DNA from: a virus
Virus record (IMG/VR): IMGVR_UViG_3300045988_102984
Location: 1 to 19,422 of that record
Reading direction: 5' to 3' (one strand)
Length of the DNA: 19,422 bases
Part shown: one piece after another, positions 6,094 to 13,462 of the stretch
Numbering within the stretch: the stretch's first letter is position 1
Layout of the letters: each line of letters starts with the position of its first letter
Made by a program: the position numbers and the translations under genes
Notes under the pieces: generated by a model
Seen by the model: the letters and a program-made list of their open reading frames with translations, nothing else
What the model was told of the DNA's origin: nothing
Databases searched by the model: none

Positions 6094-6102
6094 TGATATA
6101 AT
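6094..6102 (+). promoter_or_regulatory. Late-operon promoter (extended -10, TGaTATAAT)
   Basis: Perfect TGnTATAAT, 10 bp after the terminator tail and 39 bp before ATG 6141 of the first structural gene. Confidence 0.6.
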
Positions 6103-6140
6103 TTTGACGGAAATACTCTACTAACGTAAGGAGAATTTGC

Positions 6141-6425
6141 ATGGCAGACCAAAACAGTGAAGGCGAGGAAACCACCACTCCACCGCCGACCGAAGAGGAA
6201 CAGCAGACGGAAACCGTGGATGACGAGGTTAAGCCGAAAGAACCGGAACCGGAACCGGAACCGAAGCAGGAGCCGGACGTTTCCGCACGACTTGACGCGA
6301 TTGAAAAGGAATTGGCCGCATTGAAAGCCATGCTGGACACGCTCGGCTACAACGACCCCGCCCCGTCCGATAATGACGGCGACAACGACAATGATGGCGA
6401 GTCCATCGAAGACTTGTTTGACTAA
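6141..6425 (+). CDS. Putative scaffolding protein (phi29 gp7 position), 94 aa, very acidic
   Basis: AAGGAG sits 7 nt upstream. It lies directly before the capsid gene. It has a D/E/P-rich N-terminus with an EPEPEPEP run ((GAACCG)x4 at 6240-6263), a central amphipathic helix (ARLDAIEKELAALKAMLDTL) and an acidic tail. Confidence 0.6.
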   Translation: MADQNSEGEETTTPPPTEEEQQTETVDDEVKPKEPEPEPEPKQEPDVSARLDAIEKELAALKAMLDTLGYNDPAPSDNDGDNDNDGESIEDLFD

Positions 6426-6445
6426 AATAGTTAGGAGATAACATA

Positions 6446-8164
6446 ATGTCTAATATTCGACCACTTGCAGGTAAGGGTGACGTTGAGATTTTCAACGCCG
6501 TGCGTTCCGCCACCTCACCGCAGTTTCAGGTGCGTATCCCAGCCGCAACGCAGGGTAATATCCGCAACGCGGTTGACACCATGCGCAATTTTCCTTACCT
6601 TCGTGACGAGTTTACCGGGGTGTTAATCCAGCGACTGATTGGTCTTTATGTCCAGCATGCGGATTGGGATGACCCGCTCAAGTTGATTGGTTCGCCGCGC
6701 ACGCTCAAGCGCTACGGCAGCACCTATGAGCAGGCGGCGGTTGGCTTAGTCAAGGCCCGCACTCGCAATTTCAACAAGGAATATCTTGGCGATGACGTGT
6801 ATGGCCGCTACTCGCTTCCGACTGCAAGCGTGTTTCATCCACTGACTTTCGACCACTATTACCCAGTCACCATTCCGGAAGACGCGCTTCTTACTGCCTT
6901 CGATGGCGAGTCGGGCATGTCGGATTACATTGCTGAAATCATGAACGCCCCTATCCTCTCGGATAGAAACGATATGTACTTGATGAAGACGCAGACCTTC
7001 GCGGAATACGCGCGTAAGGGCGGTTTCTACCGAGTCCACACCAAGGACGTCGGCGCCGCCGATTCCACCGAAGCGGACGCCAAGAATCTGCTTCGTCTCA
7101 TTCAGCAAATGGCGAACGAACTCAAGGCGTCGCCAATGAGCGCCATGCCGCGCTATAACGCCATGAGTTGGGTGACTCCGTGGCGCGATTCGGAAGCCAT
7201 TTTGTTCGCCACTCCGCAGGTAATCGCCGCGCTGAACGTTGAGGCCCTCGCCGCCGCGTTCAACATCGATAAAGTGAACGTGCCGTATCGTATCATTCCG
7301 ATTCCAGAGGATATGTTCGGTATCGGCGGTGCGGCCGGTAAGGTTCAGGCAGTCCTGACCACGGAAGACTTCTTCTTCTGTTGGGATGAAATGCTTGAAA
7401 CCACCAACTCCCCCGTCAACCCGATTGACGGAACGCGCAATATCTTCTACAAGCATCGTGGTTCCATTACCCCTAATCCTTTTGCGAACGCGATTCTGTT
7501 CTGGACTGGCGAAGGCTCCAACGAGTCCGTGACTCTGCCGGACACACTCACCACCTCGAAGCCCGAGTTTACCTTGCGCGTGCGCAAGTATGGACAGCCC
7601 GCCATCACCCCCGAAAACGTGTCGCGTGGCGACTTGGTACAGGTTGAGTCCGTCATTTCCAGCGCAAACAAGACTGAGGCGTCGTTCCAGCCGGTTGGCA
7701 TCAAGTACACGCTTGAGGGCGCCACTTCACAGTCCACCTCGATCGACAACGACGGAATTTTGCGTTGCGGCCTTGATGAAACCGCCGAAACGCTGAAAGT
7801 CACCGCTCAGGCAACCTACATCAATCCGGCCACGCCTGAAATCGACCAGACGGTTTCCGCCGCACTATCCGTACCGGTGGTTGGCACTTGGCTTGGCGGT
7901 TGGAAAGCCGGAGCCATCGAGTCCATTGAGATTCAGGGCGAAAAATCGGTCAAGGTCAATGAGCATGTTGCGCTTAAGGCGATTGCCACCAAGACGGACG
8001 GAAACACCGCGGACGTGACCAACCTCGCACTGTGGATAGTGGACCAGCACGCAACCATCACTCCGAACGGCGTGCTGACCGGAACCGCGGCAGGTGCCGC
8101 CAACGTCACCGCGAAGTTCGCAGGAGCTACTGGAACGGTGAAAGTCACCGTCGCCGCCGCCTGA
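6446..8164 (+). CDS. Major capsid protein (phi29 gp8-like) with C-terminal Big_2 Ig-like domain, 572 aa
   Basis: The N-terminal region aligns by eye with phi29 gp8 (VEIFNAVRS...QFQVRIPAAT...EFTGVLIQRLIGLYV...DPLK versus YDIVNAIRN...NFKSYVPLAT...DFITSLVDRIGLVVI...NPLK). The C-terminus VALKAIATKTDGNTADVTNLALWIV...ATITPNGVLTGTAAGAANVTAKFAGATGTVKVTV is a typical Big_2 repeat. Confidence 0.9.
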   Translation: MSNIRPLAGKGDVEIFNAVRSATSPQFQVRIPAATQGNIRNAVDTMRNFPYLRDEFTGVLIQRLIGLYVQHADWDDPLKLIGSPRTLKRYGSTYEQAAVGLVKARTRNFNKEYLGDDVYGRYSLPTASVFHPLTFDHYYPVTIPEDALLTAFDGESGMSDYIAEIMNAPILSDRNDMYLMKTQTFAEYARKGGFYRVHTKDVGAADSTEADAKNLLRLIQQMANELKASPMSAMPRYNAMSWVTPWRDSEAILFATPQVIAALNVEALAAAFNIDKVNVPYRIIPIPEDMFGIGGAAGKVQAVLTTEDFFFCWDEMLETTNSPVNPIDGTRNIFYKHRGSITPNPFANAILFWTGEGSNESVTLPDTLTTSKPEFTLRVRKYGQPAITPENVSRGDLVQVESVISSANKTEASFQPVGIKYTLEGATSQSTSIDNDGILRCGLDETAETLKVTAQATYINPATPEIDQTVSAALSVPVVGTWLGGWKAGAIESIEIQGEKSVKVNEHVALKAIATKTDGNTADVTNLALWIVDQHATITPNGVLTGTAAGAANVTAKFAGATGTVKVTVAAA

Positions 8165-8184
8165 CAATAGACGCAGGCTAGTAA

Positions 8185-8222
8185 AATAGGTGCGAGAAGA
8201 TAATTCTCGCACCTATTGTTTT
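8185..8222 (+). terminator. Intra-operon terminator/attenuator after the capsid gene
   Basis: 14-bp perfect stem (AATAGGTGCGAGAA / TTCTCGCACCTATT) with a 5-nt loop, followed by GTTTT. The AGGAGG of the next gene follows directly. Confidence 0.7.
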
Positions 8223-8234
8223 AGGAGGACTTTT

Positions 8235-10463
8235 ATGAGCGCAAATGACCTACCGATTAATTTCTCGTACGCGAAATGGACACCAAACACACGATTCAAA
8301 CTATGTAACGTGCCGTGGGATATGGGGTACAGGGATATTGTGAAATGGGATAGGCAAGCCCAGAAAGAGTATTTTGACCGGCTGGACGGCATCGAATTTA
8401 CCGATTGCACGATGGCGAAATACGGACTGCCGGTACGGCTGCCGATTCCGTTTGCTCAAGCGTCGCAATACAATTACCTTATTGCAACGAACGACTATGA
8501 TTTTGATACCCCCCGTTCGTGGTATTATTTTATTCAGACGTGCGATTACGTCAACGCTCACACGACGCAACTCAATATCCAACTTGACGTGTGGCAAAGT
8601 TTCCAGCATGACATCCAGCTTGGTAACGCGTACGTGGAAAGGGGGCATGTCGGCATTGCGAACGAGAACGCTTGGAAGGACTGGGGCCGCACCTATCTTG
8701 ACCTGCCGGAAGGTTTGGACACAGGTAAGGCAATGGTGGTCACTGGGCAGCAGTATAAGAGTCTGATTGGCGAAACGAACGGGTACACCACCTTCGGCGT
8801 GCTCGTGGTGTCCACGACAAAGCTGGACACCGACCCGGGCACGGCAACCGCGCCGAAGACCACGTGCGCGGACGGCAGCGCCTTTGAAAACCATACAAAC
8901 GGCACCGCATTGTACTATTTCTCGGACGCTTTGGACTTCCTCGCAGTGATGGGCGCAGGTGCTGAGTACCCTTGGGTAACACAGGGTATTTGCGGCATCT
9001 ACGCCATTCCACAACTTCCGGAAGCGCTGCTGAAAAACCAGCGGAAGCCGGGCGTGTTCTTCAATCACATGATCGATTGGCGCGGCGACTGCTACCGCTT
9101 GGAGATTCGACATAACGACGCCAAAAGCCGCTACGCCGACATTATCCATATCACGAATTTTCGTGATAATTTCAGACTCCCCGAACGGTACAAGTATCTG
9201 CAAAAATTCCGCACGGCACCATACGCGGTATTGGAGTGCTCGTGTCTCAATGGTACCGTGATTACTTACAATCCCGAGCAGATTCCAAGCGCTGATCTGA
9301 CCATTCGAGAGTCGTGGGACTACGCGCCACCATCTCCGCGACTCAACTTTTATCCGCGCGGATACAACGCAGGCGGTATCGGCGAACAATCCCCGCTGCC
9401 GAACAATTCCGGCCTCCCGATTGATTCCGGCGAAATGCTCAACGCAAGTTTCGGCATTACGAATTTTCCAACCTTTATGACAGTGAACAACGGTAGTGCC
9501 CTCGCTCTAGCGAACAGTGCCTATACGCGCCAATACGCTCAGCAAAGCGCCGATTGGTCATACCAGAAAACGCAAATGGGTATCAACAACGCCTACGCTC
9601 AGGCGCAATTAGGCACGCAGTATGCGAGTGCGCAGAACCAGCTTGGCACCAGCAATCGCAACGCAATGATGTCGATCAACAATCAAGCCGCGCAAATGTC
9701 GGCCGACCTGACGTTGAAAAACCTGAGTTTCGGCAACCGTATGAATCAGCTCAATACCATTGGCTCAGGCGTGGCTAACGCGGTTGGTTCCGCCGTCACC
9801 GGCAACGTTGGCGGCGTGGTCGGCGCCGTGGCGGGCACAGCTATCGGCGCGGTAGCGAACCAGATGTCGTACAACAATGCGGTAGACTCTAACAGTCAGC
9901 AATTGTCGAACACTTTGGCAACGAACGGTGCAACCACCTCACAGTCGAATGCCTACAGTCTTGCGCAAACAAATCTGTCCAACCAACAGACAATGCAGTT
10001 CGCGGACATGAACAAACAACTCGCTCAAGCCACCGCGCAAGGTGATTACGAAAACACCATCGCCGGTATCAACGCGCAAGTGCAACAGACTCAGACAGTG
10101 CCACCTACCACGTCCGGCGCATTGGGCGGTGACGCTTTTAATTTGGCGAACGGTTTGATCGGCGTCATGGTACGCTTCCGGCAGATACCGCCCGCGGCCA
10201 TGCGTTCCATTGGCGAGGTATGGTTGCGCTACGGCTATTACGTCCAGAGGTTTATGCGGTTGCCGGAAAATCTAATGGCAATGAGCAATTTTACATACTG
10301 GAAAGTACATGAGTTGTACGTACGTTCGAGCACGTGCCCAGAAGAGTACCGACTCACGGTCAAGGGCATTTTCGAGAGTGGCGTGACTGTCTGGACTGAC
10401 CCAACCAAAATCGGTGTCACCGATTATGCGGACAACGTGCCACTATCCGGTATCGCGTACTGA
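8235..10463 (+). CDS. Tail knob / distal tail tube protein (phi29 gp9-like), 742 aa
   Basis: AGGAGG (8223-8228) sits 6 nt before ATG 8235; the track start at 8190 lies inside the terminator hairpin. The N-terminal region aligns with phi29 gp9 (VRLPIPFAQASQYNYLIATN...SWYYFIQTCDYVNAHTTQLNIQLDVWQSF...YVERGHV versus VSLPIDKLYSASYIMFQNAD...[30 protein letters not shown]...IVREHV). Contains a long Q/N/A/S-rich low-complexity segment. Confidence 0.85.
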   Translation: MSANDLPINFSYAKWTPNTRFKLCNVPWDMGYRDIVKWDRQAQKEYFDRLDGIEFTDCTMAKYGLPVRLPIPFAQASQYNYLIATNDYDFDTPRSWYYFIQTCDYVNAHTTQLNIQLDVWQSFQHDIQLGNAYVERGHVGIANENAWKDWGRTYLDLPEGLDTGKAMVVTGQQYKSLIGETNGYTTFGVLVVSTTKLDTDPGTATAPKTTCADGSAFENHTNGTALYYFSDALDFLAVMGAGAEYPWVTQGICGIYAIPQLPEALLKNQRKPGVFFNHMIDWRGDCYRLEIRHNDAKSRYADIIHITNFRDNFRLPERYKYLQKFRTAPYAVLECSCLNGTVITYNPEQIPSADLTIRESWDYAPPSPRLNFYPRGYNAGGIGEQSPLPNNSGLPIDSGEMLNASFGITNFPTFMTVNNGSALALANSAYTRQYAQQSADWSYQKTQMGINNAYAQAQLGTQYASAQNQLGTSNRNAMMSINNQAAQMSADLTLKNLSFGNRMNQLNTIGSGVANAVGSAVTGNVGGVVGAVAGTAIGAVANQMSYNNAVDSNSQQLSNTLATNGATTSQSNAYSLAQTNLSNQQTMQFADMNKQLAQATAQGDYENTIAGINAQVQQTQTVPPTTSGALGGDAFNLANGLIGVMVRFRQIPPAAMRSIGEVWLRYGYYVQRFMRLPENLMAMSNFTYWKVHELYVRSSTCPEEYRLTVKGIFESGVTVWTDPTKIGVTDYADNVPLSGIAY

Positions 10464-10470
10464 CATATAT

Positions 10471-10507
10471 AATGGAGAGAGCATATTAAGCTCTCTCCAT
10501 TATTTTT
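10471..10507 (+). terminator. Intra-operon terminator/attenuator after the tail-knob gene
   Basis: 12-bp perfect stem (AATGGAGAGAGC / GCTCTCTCCATT) with a 7-nt loop, followed by ATTTTT. Confidence 0.7.
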
Positions 10508-10519
10508 AGGACGGTGAAT

Positions 10520-11461
10520 ATGGGTAAACGCAATAACGCAAAGAAGGCGGCACACTGGGATAACCAAAGTGTGCTTGGCTCGATGTGGGGCAATCTCAAT
10601 CTGCCTGAAATGCGGCAATCACTGAGAATCAATCAGTACATGAAATTAATTGAAATGTTGGCAGTGAGCCGGTTCAAGTGGATTAATTTGCCCCCGTATA
10701 TCGATGAAAGATATTTGGAACTGACTTTGTTCGAGAATGGCTTGGCACTCTTTTTCCCCGACGAACGCAAGGGAGTGCGTCGTTTTATGGTCACGTCCGG
10801 AAACATCGGCGGAGTCAACAACTACAATAATCCAACATCATTCCAGCCGGTTGCCACGAACTACTCACATCCGCAAATCGGGAGCAAAAAGTGTGTGCCG
10901 ATTTGGGATAATCAATTGCGTTGCACCATGATTGATGTCATGTGGAATTACGCGACGCGACTCGCCATTGCGGATAGGGCGCTGGATGTCAACCTCGACA
11001 ATATCAGCGTACCGTTGATTATCGCCACGTCCGAAACCAACAAACTAACCGCCCAAAACCTAATGAAAGCAAGAGAAGACGGAGATCCGTACGTCTACGC
11101 GTATGACAGCGCTGACATTACGGGCATGTTCCAAACCTTCCCCAACATGACCCCCTTCCTAGCGGATAAAATCATTACCACCAAGACGCAGATTTGGAAC
11201 GAACTAGTAAACTATCTCGGCATCGACAACAGCACGACGGAGAAAAAGGAGCGACTGCTCGAATCGGAAGTGACGGCTGGAAACAGCCGCACTAACGTTT
11301 TTCGTCTAAGCTATCTCAAGTCGAGACAGCAAGCTTGCGATACGATTAACCGGTTGTGGCCGCAAATGGCAGACTTAGGCAAACCAATAAGCATTGAATG
11401 GAACGACACCACTTCTGGCGGTTTACTGGACGTTGACGGAAACAAGGAAGAAGAAAACTAA
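10520..11461 (+). CDS. Portal / head-tail connector (phi29 gp10-like upper collar), 313 aa
   Basis: FKWINLPPYIDERYLELTLFENGLALFFPD matches phi29 [30 protein letters not shown], and TQIWNELVNYLGIDNSTTEKKERLLESEV matches [29 protein letters not shown]. ATG 10520 is preferred over the track GTG 10514 because AGGA (10508-10511) is 8 nt from the ATG. Basic N-terminus MGKRNNAKK. Confidence 0.92.
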   Translation: MGKRNNAKKAAHWDNQSVLGSMWGNLNLPEMRQSLRINQYMKLIEMLAVSRFKWINLPPYIDERYLELTLFENGLALFFPDERKGVRRFMVTSGNIGGVNNYNNPTSFQPVATNYSHPQIGSKKCVPIWDNQLRCTMIDVMWNYATRLAIADRALDVNLDNISVPLIIATSETNKLTAQNLMKAREDGDPYVYAYDSADITGMFQTFPNMTPFLADKIITTKTQIWNELVNYLGIDNSTTEKKERLLESEVTAGNSRTNVFRLSYLKSRQQACDTINRLWPQMADLGKPISIEWNDTTSGGLLDVDGNKEEEN

Positions 11462-12273
11462 TGGAACAGGATTTAAGCATGTACGCCGTCAAAGACAGTA
11501 TGGCGGATTATACGTTGACTCTTGGTAATCTGATTGCACGCGGTTTTAATACGGACGAAAAACTGCATTTAAGCTCGCAATATTACCCGATTTTTGATGA
11601 AACATATAGAGCGAAACTCAACGAGAAAATCGTGGCACACTACGCATTGCGCGAAATCGGTTCGGAAACGCCGCAAATGTTCATTTTTTATCTCGGTCGT
11701 ACCATGCGCGAACAGATGGACTATTTCAACCAACTATACTTATCCGCGCAACGCAAGTTCGATCCGTTCATTACTTCTGACATTCGGCAGGAAATGGACT
11801 CTACCAGTATTAACGAGTCCAGCGGCAAATCGAGCGGTACGCAGTCGAACGAGTCCAGCGCCAACAGCACGTCCGACACCACCGCCGACAATTCCAGCAT
11901 GACGTTCAATTCGGAATTTCCACAAACTCGCATTGATGACTTCCGAAAGTACGCGACAACCGCAAGCCAAACGGACTCAACCGGCAACACGCATACAAGC
12001 ACACAGCAGGACAGCAGCACCGCAGCGTCCAGTACCAGCAACACGGATTACGCGCATTCGTCCGACAAAGGCAACAGCGTGTCGCATACGCTCGGCACGA
12101 GCGGTTCGCAGTCACAGCTTTTGCAGGATTGGCGTAACACCATGCTCAATATAGACATGCTGGTCATAAACTCTCTCGAAGACTTGTTTCTAGGCATGTG
12201 GGGAAGCGGTGACAATATGACCAACATTCCGCAGCTTTACAGTACTTCGTTATCCTACAATCTCGGCCATTAG
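11461..12273 (+). CDS. Lower collar protein (phi29 gp11-like), 270 aa
   Basis: TAATG overlap with the portal gene. The N-terminal block YYPIFDETYRAKLNEKIVAHYALREIGSETPQMFIFYLGRTMREQMDYFNQLY is the pattern I associate with lower-collar proteins of phi29-like phages. S/T/N-rich low-complexity C-terminal half. Confidence 0.8.
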   Translation: MEQDLSMYAVKDSMADYTLTLGNLIARGFNTDEKLHLSSQYYPIFDETYRAKLNEKIVAHYALREIGSETPQMFIFYLGRTMREQMDYFNQLYLSAQRKFDPFITSDIRQEMDSTSINESSGKSSGTQSNESSANSTSDTTADNSSMTFNSEFPQTRIDDFRKYATTASQTDSTGNTHTSTQQDSSTAASSTSNTDYAHSSDKGNSVSHTLGTSGSQSQLLQDWRNTMLNIDMLVINSLEDLFLGMWGSGDNMTNIPQLYSTSLSYNLGH

Positions 12274-12306
12274 AGTATACTTAATACAGACAGTTAGGAG
12301 GAATGC

Positions 12307-12906
12307 ATGAACGGAGTAAACCTATGCGCCGCACCGCTCGACATTGATCCGCGGCAGCGCTATTTCACCACCGTGCAACCGTTCTCATACCGTGATACGC
12401 TGACAGTGCTCGGTTACGTGCAGGAGGTGGCCGAACATGTAGACGAATTGCGCGAACAGCTAGACAATCTCGCAAAAGACGAAAACGCGGACATCGAAGC
12501 CATCAAGCAATTGATCGCCGGTTTTAATGAGCAGTTCGAGCGTATCAACAAAACCTTGGATGATTTGGAAAAGCAGGTTGGACAGTACGAAGACTCTGAC
12601 TTGACCTATAATCCGACGCGAGGAAAATACGAGGACTCGAAAAACACTAACCGCGACATGTACCGCGAGCTTGCAGTGTTCGGCGCGCGCGTCAACCAGA
12701 TGGCACAACTATCCGTGCCAATGGCCGCAGCGCACACGTGCTTGGAGTTCGCCGTGCTTGGCAACAAAACCATTTTTCACAATGACGAGCCACGCATCAC
12801 GCCGCGTGACGTGCATGTGGATGACGGTGAACCAGTCAGTCCGTTGACTGTCGAAAATCTTTCCAATGGCGTCGTGGTCAATAATTTCATGAAAACCGCT
12901 AGATAG
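12307..12906 (+). CDS. Tail-associated structural protein with central coiled coil, 199 aa
   Basis: AGGAGG (12296-12301) sits 5 nt before ATG 12307. It lies between the collar and fibre genes. The heptad-like segment is VDELREQLDNLAKDENADIEAIKQLIAGFNEQFERINKTLDDLEKQV. Function inferred from position only. Confidence 0.5.
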   Translation: MNGVNLCAAPLDIDPRQRYFTTVQPFSYRDTLTVLGYVQEVAEHVDELREQLDNLAKDENADIEAIKQLIAGFNEQFERINKTLDDLEKQVGQYEDSDLTYNPTRGKYEDSKNTNRDMYRELAVFGARVNQMAQLSVPMAAAHTCLEFAVLGNKTIFHNDEPRITPRDVHVDDGEPVSPLTVENLSNGVVVNNFMKTAR

Positions 12907-12917
12907 GAGCAGTGGCA

Positions 12918-13271
12918 ATGACACAGAAAACACCAAACTACAATCTTGAGAAATATGACGCGACGGACGCGCCGAATCTTGAGGGGCAGTACAACCGATC
13001 GATGGACATTCTTGATACGACGCTGAAAACGCAGTCGGACAGGATTGACGCCATTCCGACCCCGGAGTCGCTTCCGGAAGGATTGAATACATTCGCCTCC
13101 GCTCTCGGATTGAGCGCCGCGAACGCCAACGCGCTCGGCACCGCACTCAACCATTTTCTCAACCGTGTTCCCGCAACCGGCGGCGGACAGTATACCGTCA
13201 AAAACCTCAACAACACCAAAGTCACCGCGGAGGGTCTGCCGTTCGTTTCCACCACCGCTTCGGGGGATTGA
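12918..13271 (+). CDS. Tail appendage protein 1 (shared N-terminal anchor module), 117 aa
   Basis: GGAG (12906-12909) sits 8 nt before ATG 12918; the track GTG 12912 is too close to the SD. The N-terminus TPNYNLEKYDATDAPNLEGQYNRSMDILDTTL is paralogous to the N-termini of the next two genes. Confidence 0.65.
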   Translation: MTQKTPNYNLEKYDATDAPNLEGQYNRSMDILDTTLKTQSDRIDAIPTPESLPEGLNTFASALGLSAANANALGTALNHFLNRVPATGGGQYTVKNLNNTKVTAEGLPFVSTTASGD

Positions 13272-13276
13272 CGGTT

Positions 13277-13459
13277 ATGTCAAACAGTCAGCAGACCACG
13301 CCCGTAGACTCCGCCGCATACGACGTGACGAGACATTGGGGACTACCTCTTTACAATGACGCGACACCTATGGACATGCGTGATGGATATAACCGCGCCA
13401 TGCGCATGATTGATCAAGCGCTCACCCAATTGCAAATTCAAATTCGAGAGAAGGATTGA
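13277..13459 (+). CDS. Tail appendage protein 2: anchor module only, 60 aa
   Basis: ATG 13277 follows GGGGGA. HWGLPLYNDATPMDMRDGYNRAMRMIDQAL is paralogous to the flanking genes and is followed only by a short helix (TQLQIQIREKD). Confidence 0.55.
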   Translation: MSNSQQTTPVDSAAYDVTRHWGLPLYNDATPMDMRDGYNRAMRMIDQALTQLQIQIREKD

Positions 13460-13462
13460 TAA

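Noticed and set aside
6240-6263. (GAACCG)x4 microsatellite in the scaffold gene as a phase-variation switch
   Set aside because: The unit is 6 bp, so copy changes stay in frame and only alter the length of an EP-repeat linker. There is no on/off potential.
5993-6340. 115-aa minus-strand ORF spanning the early/late junction
   Set aside because: It runs through the terminator hairpin, the late promoter and the antisense of the scaffold gene. Its S/G-rich sequence reflects the complement of the acidic scaffold codons.
6746-7456. 236-aa minus-strand ORF antisense to the capsid gene
   Set aside because: The plus-strand frame has clear homology to phi29 gp8. The antisense frame has no start context and a low-complexity R/G/V composition. 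The same applies to 7447-7803 and 7865-8212.
8301-9389. 362-aa minus-strand ORF antisense to the tail-knob gene
   Set aside because: This is a shadow ORF. The plus frame aligns with phi29 gp9, and no SD is present. The same reasoning applies to the smaller overlapping ORFs at 8374-8766, 8740-9012 and 8767-8949.
10461-10473. TATAAT hexamer (10468-10473) after the tail-knob gene as a promoter for the portal gene
   Set aside because: It lacks the TG extension seen in the other elements and overlaps the 5' arm of the terminator hairpin, so a transcript from here would start inside the terminator. It cannot be excluded, but it is not supported.
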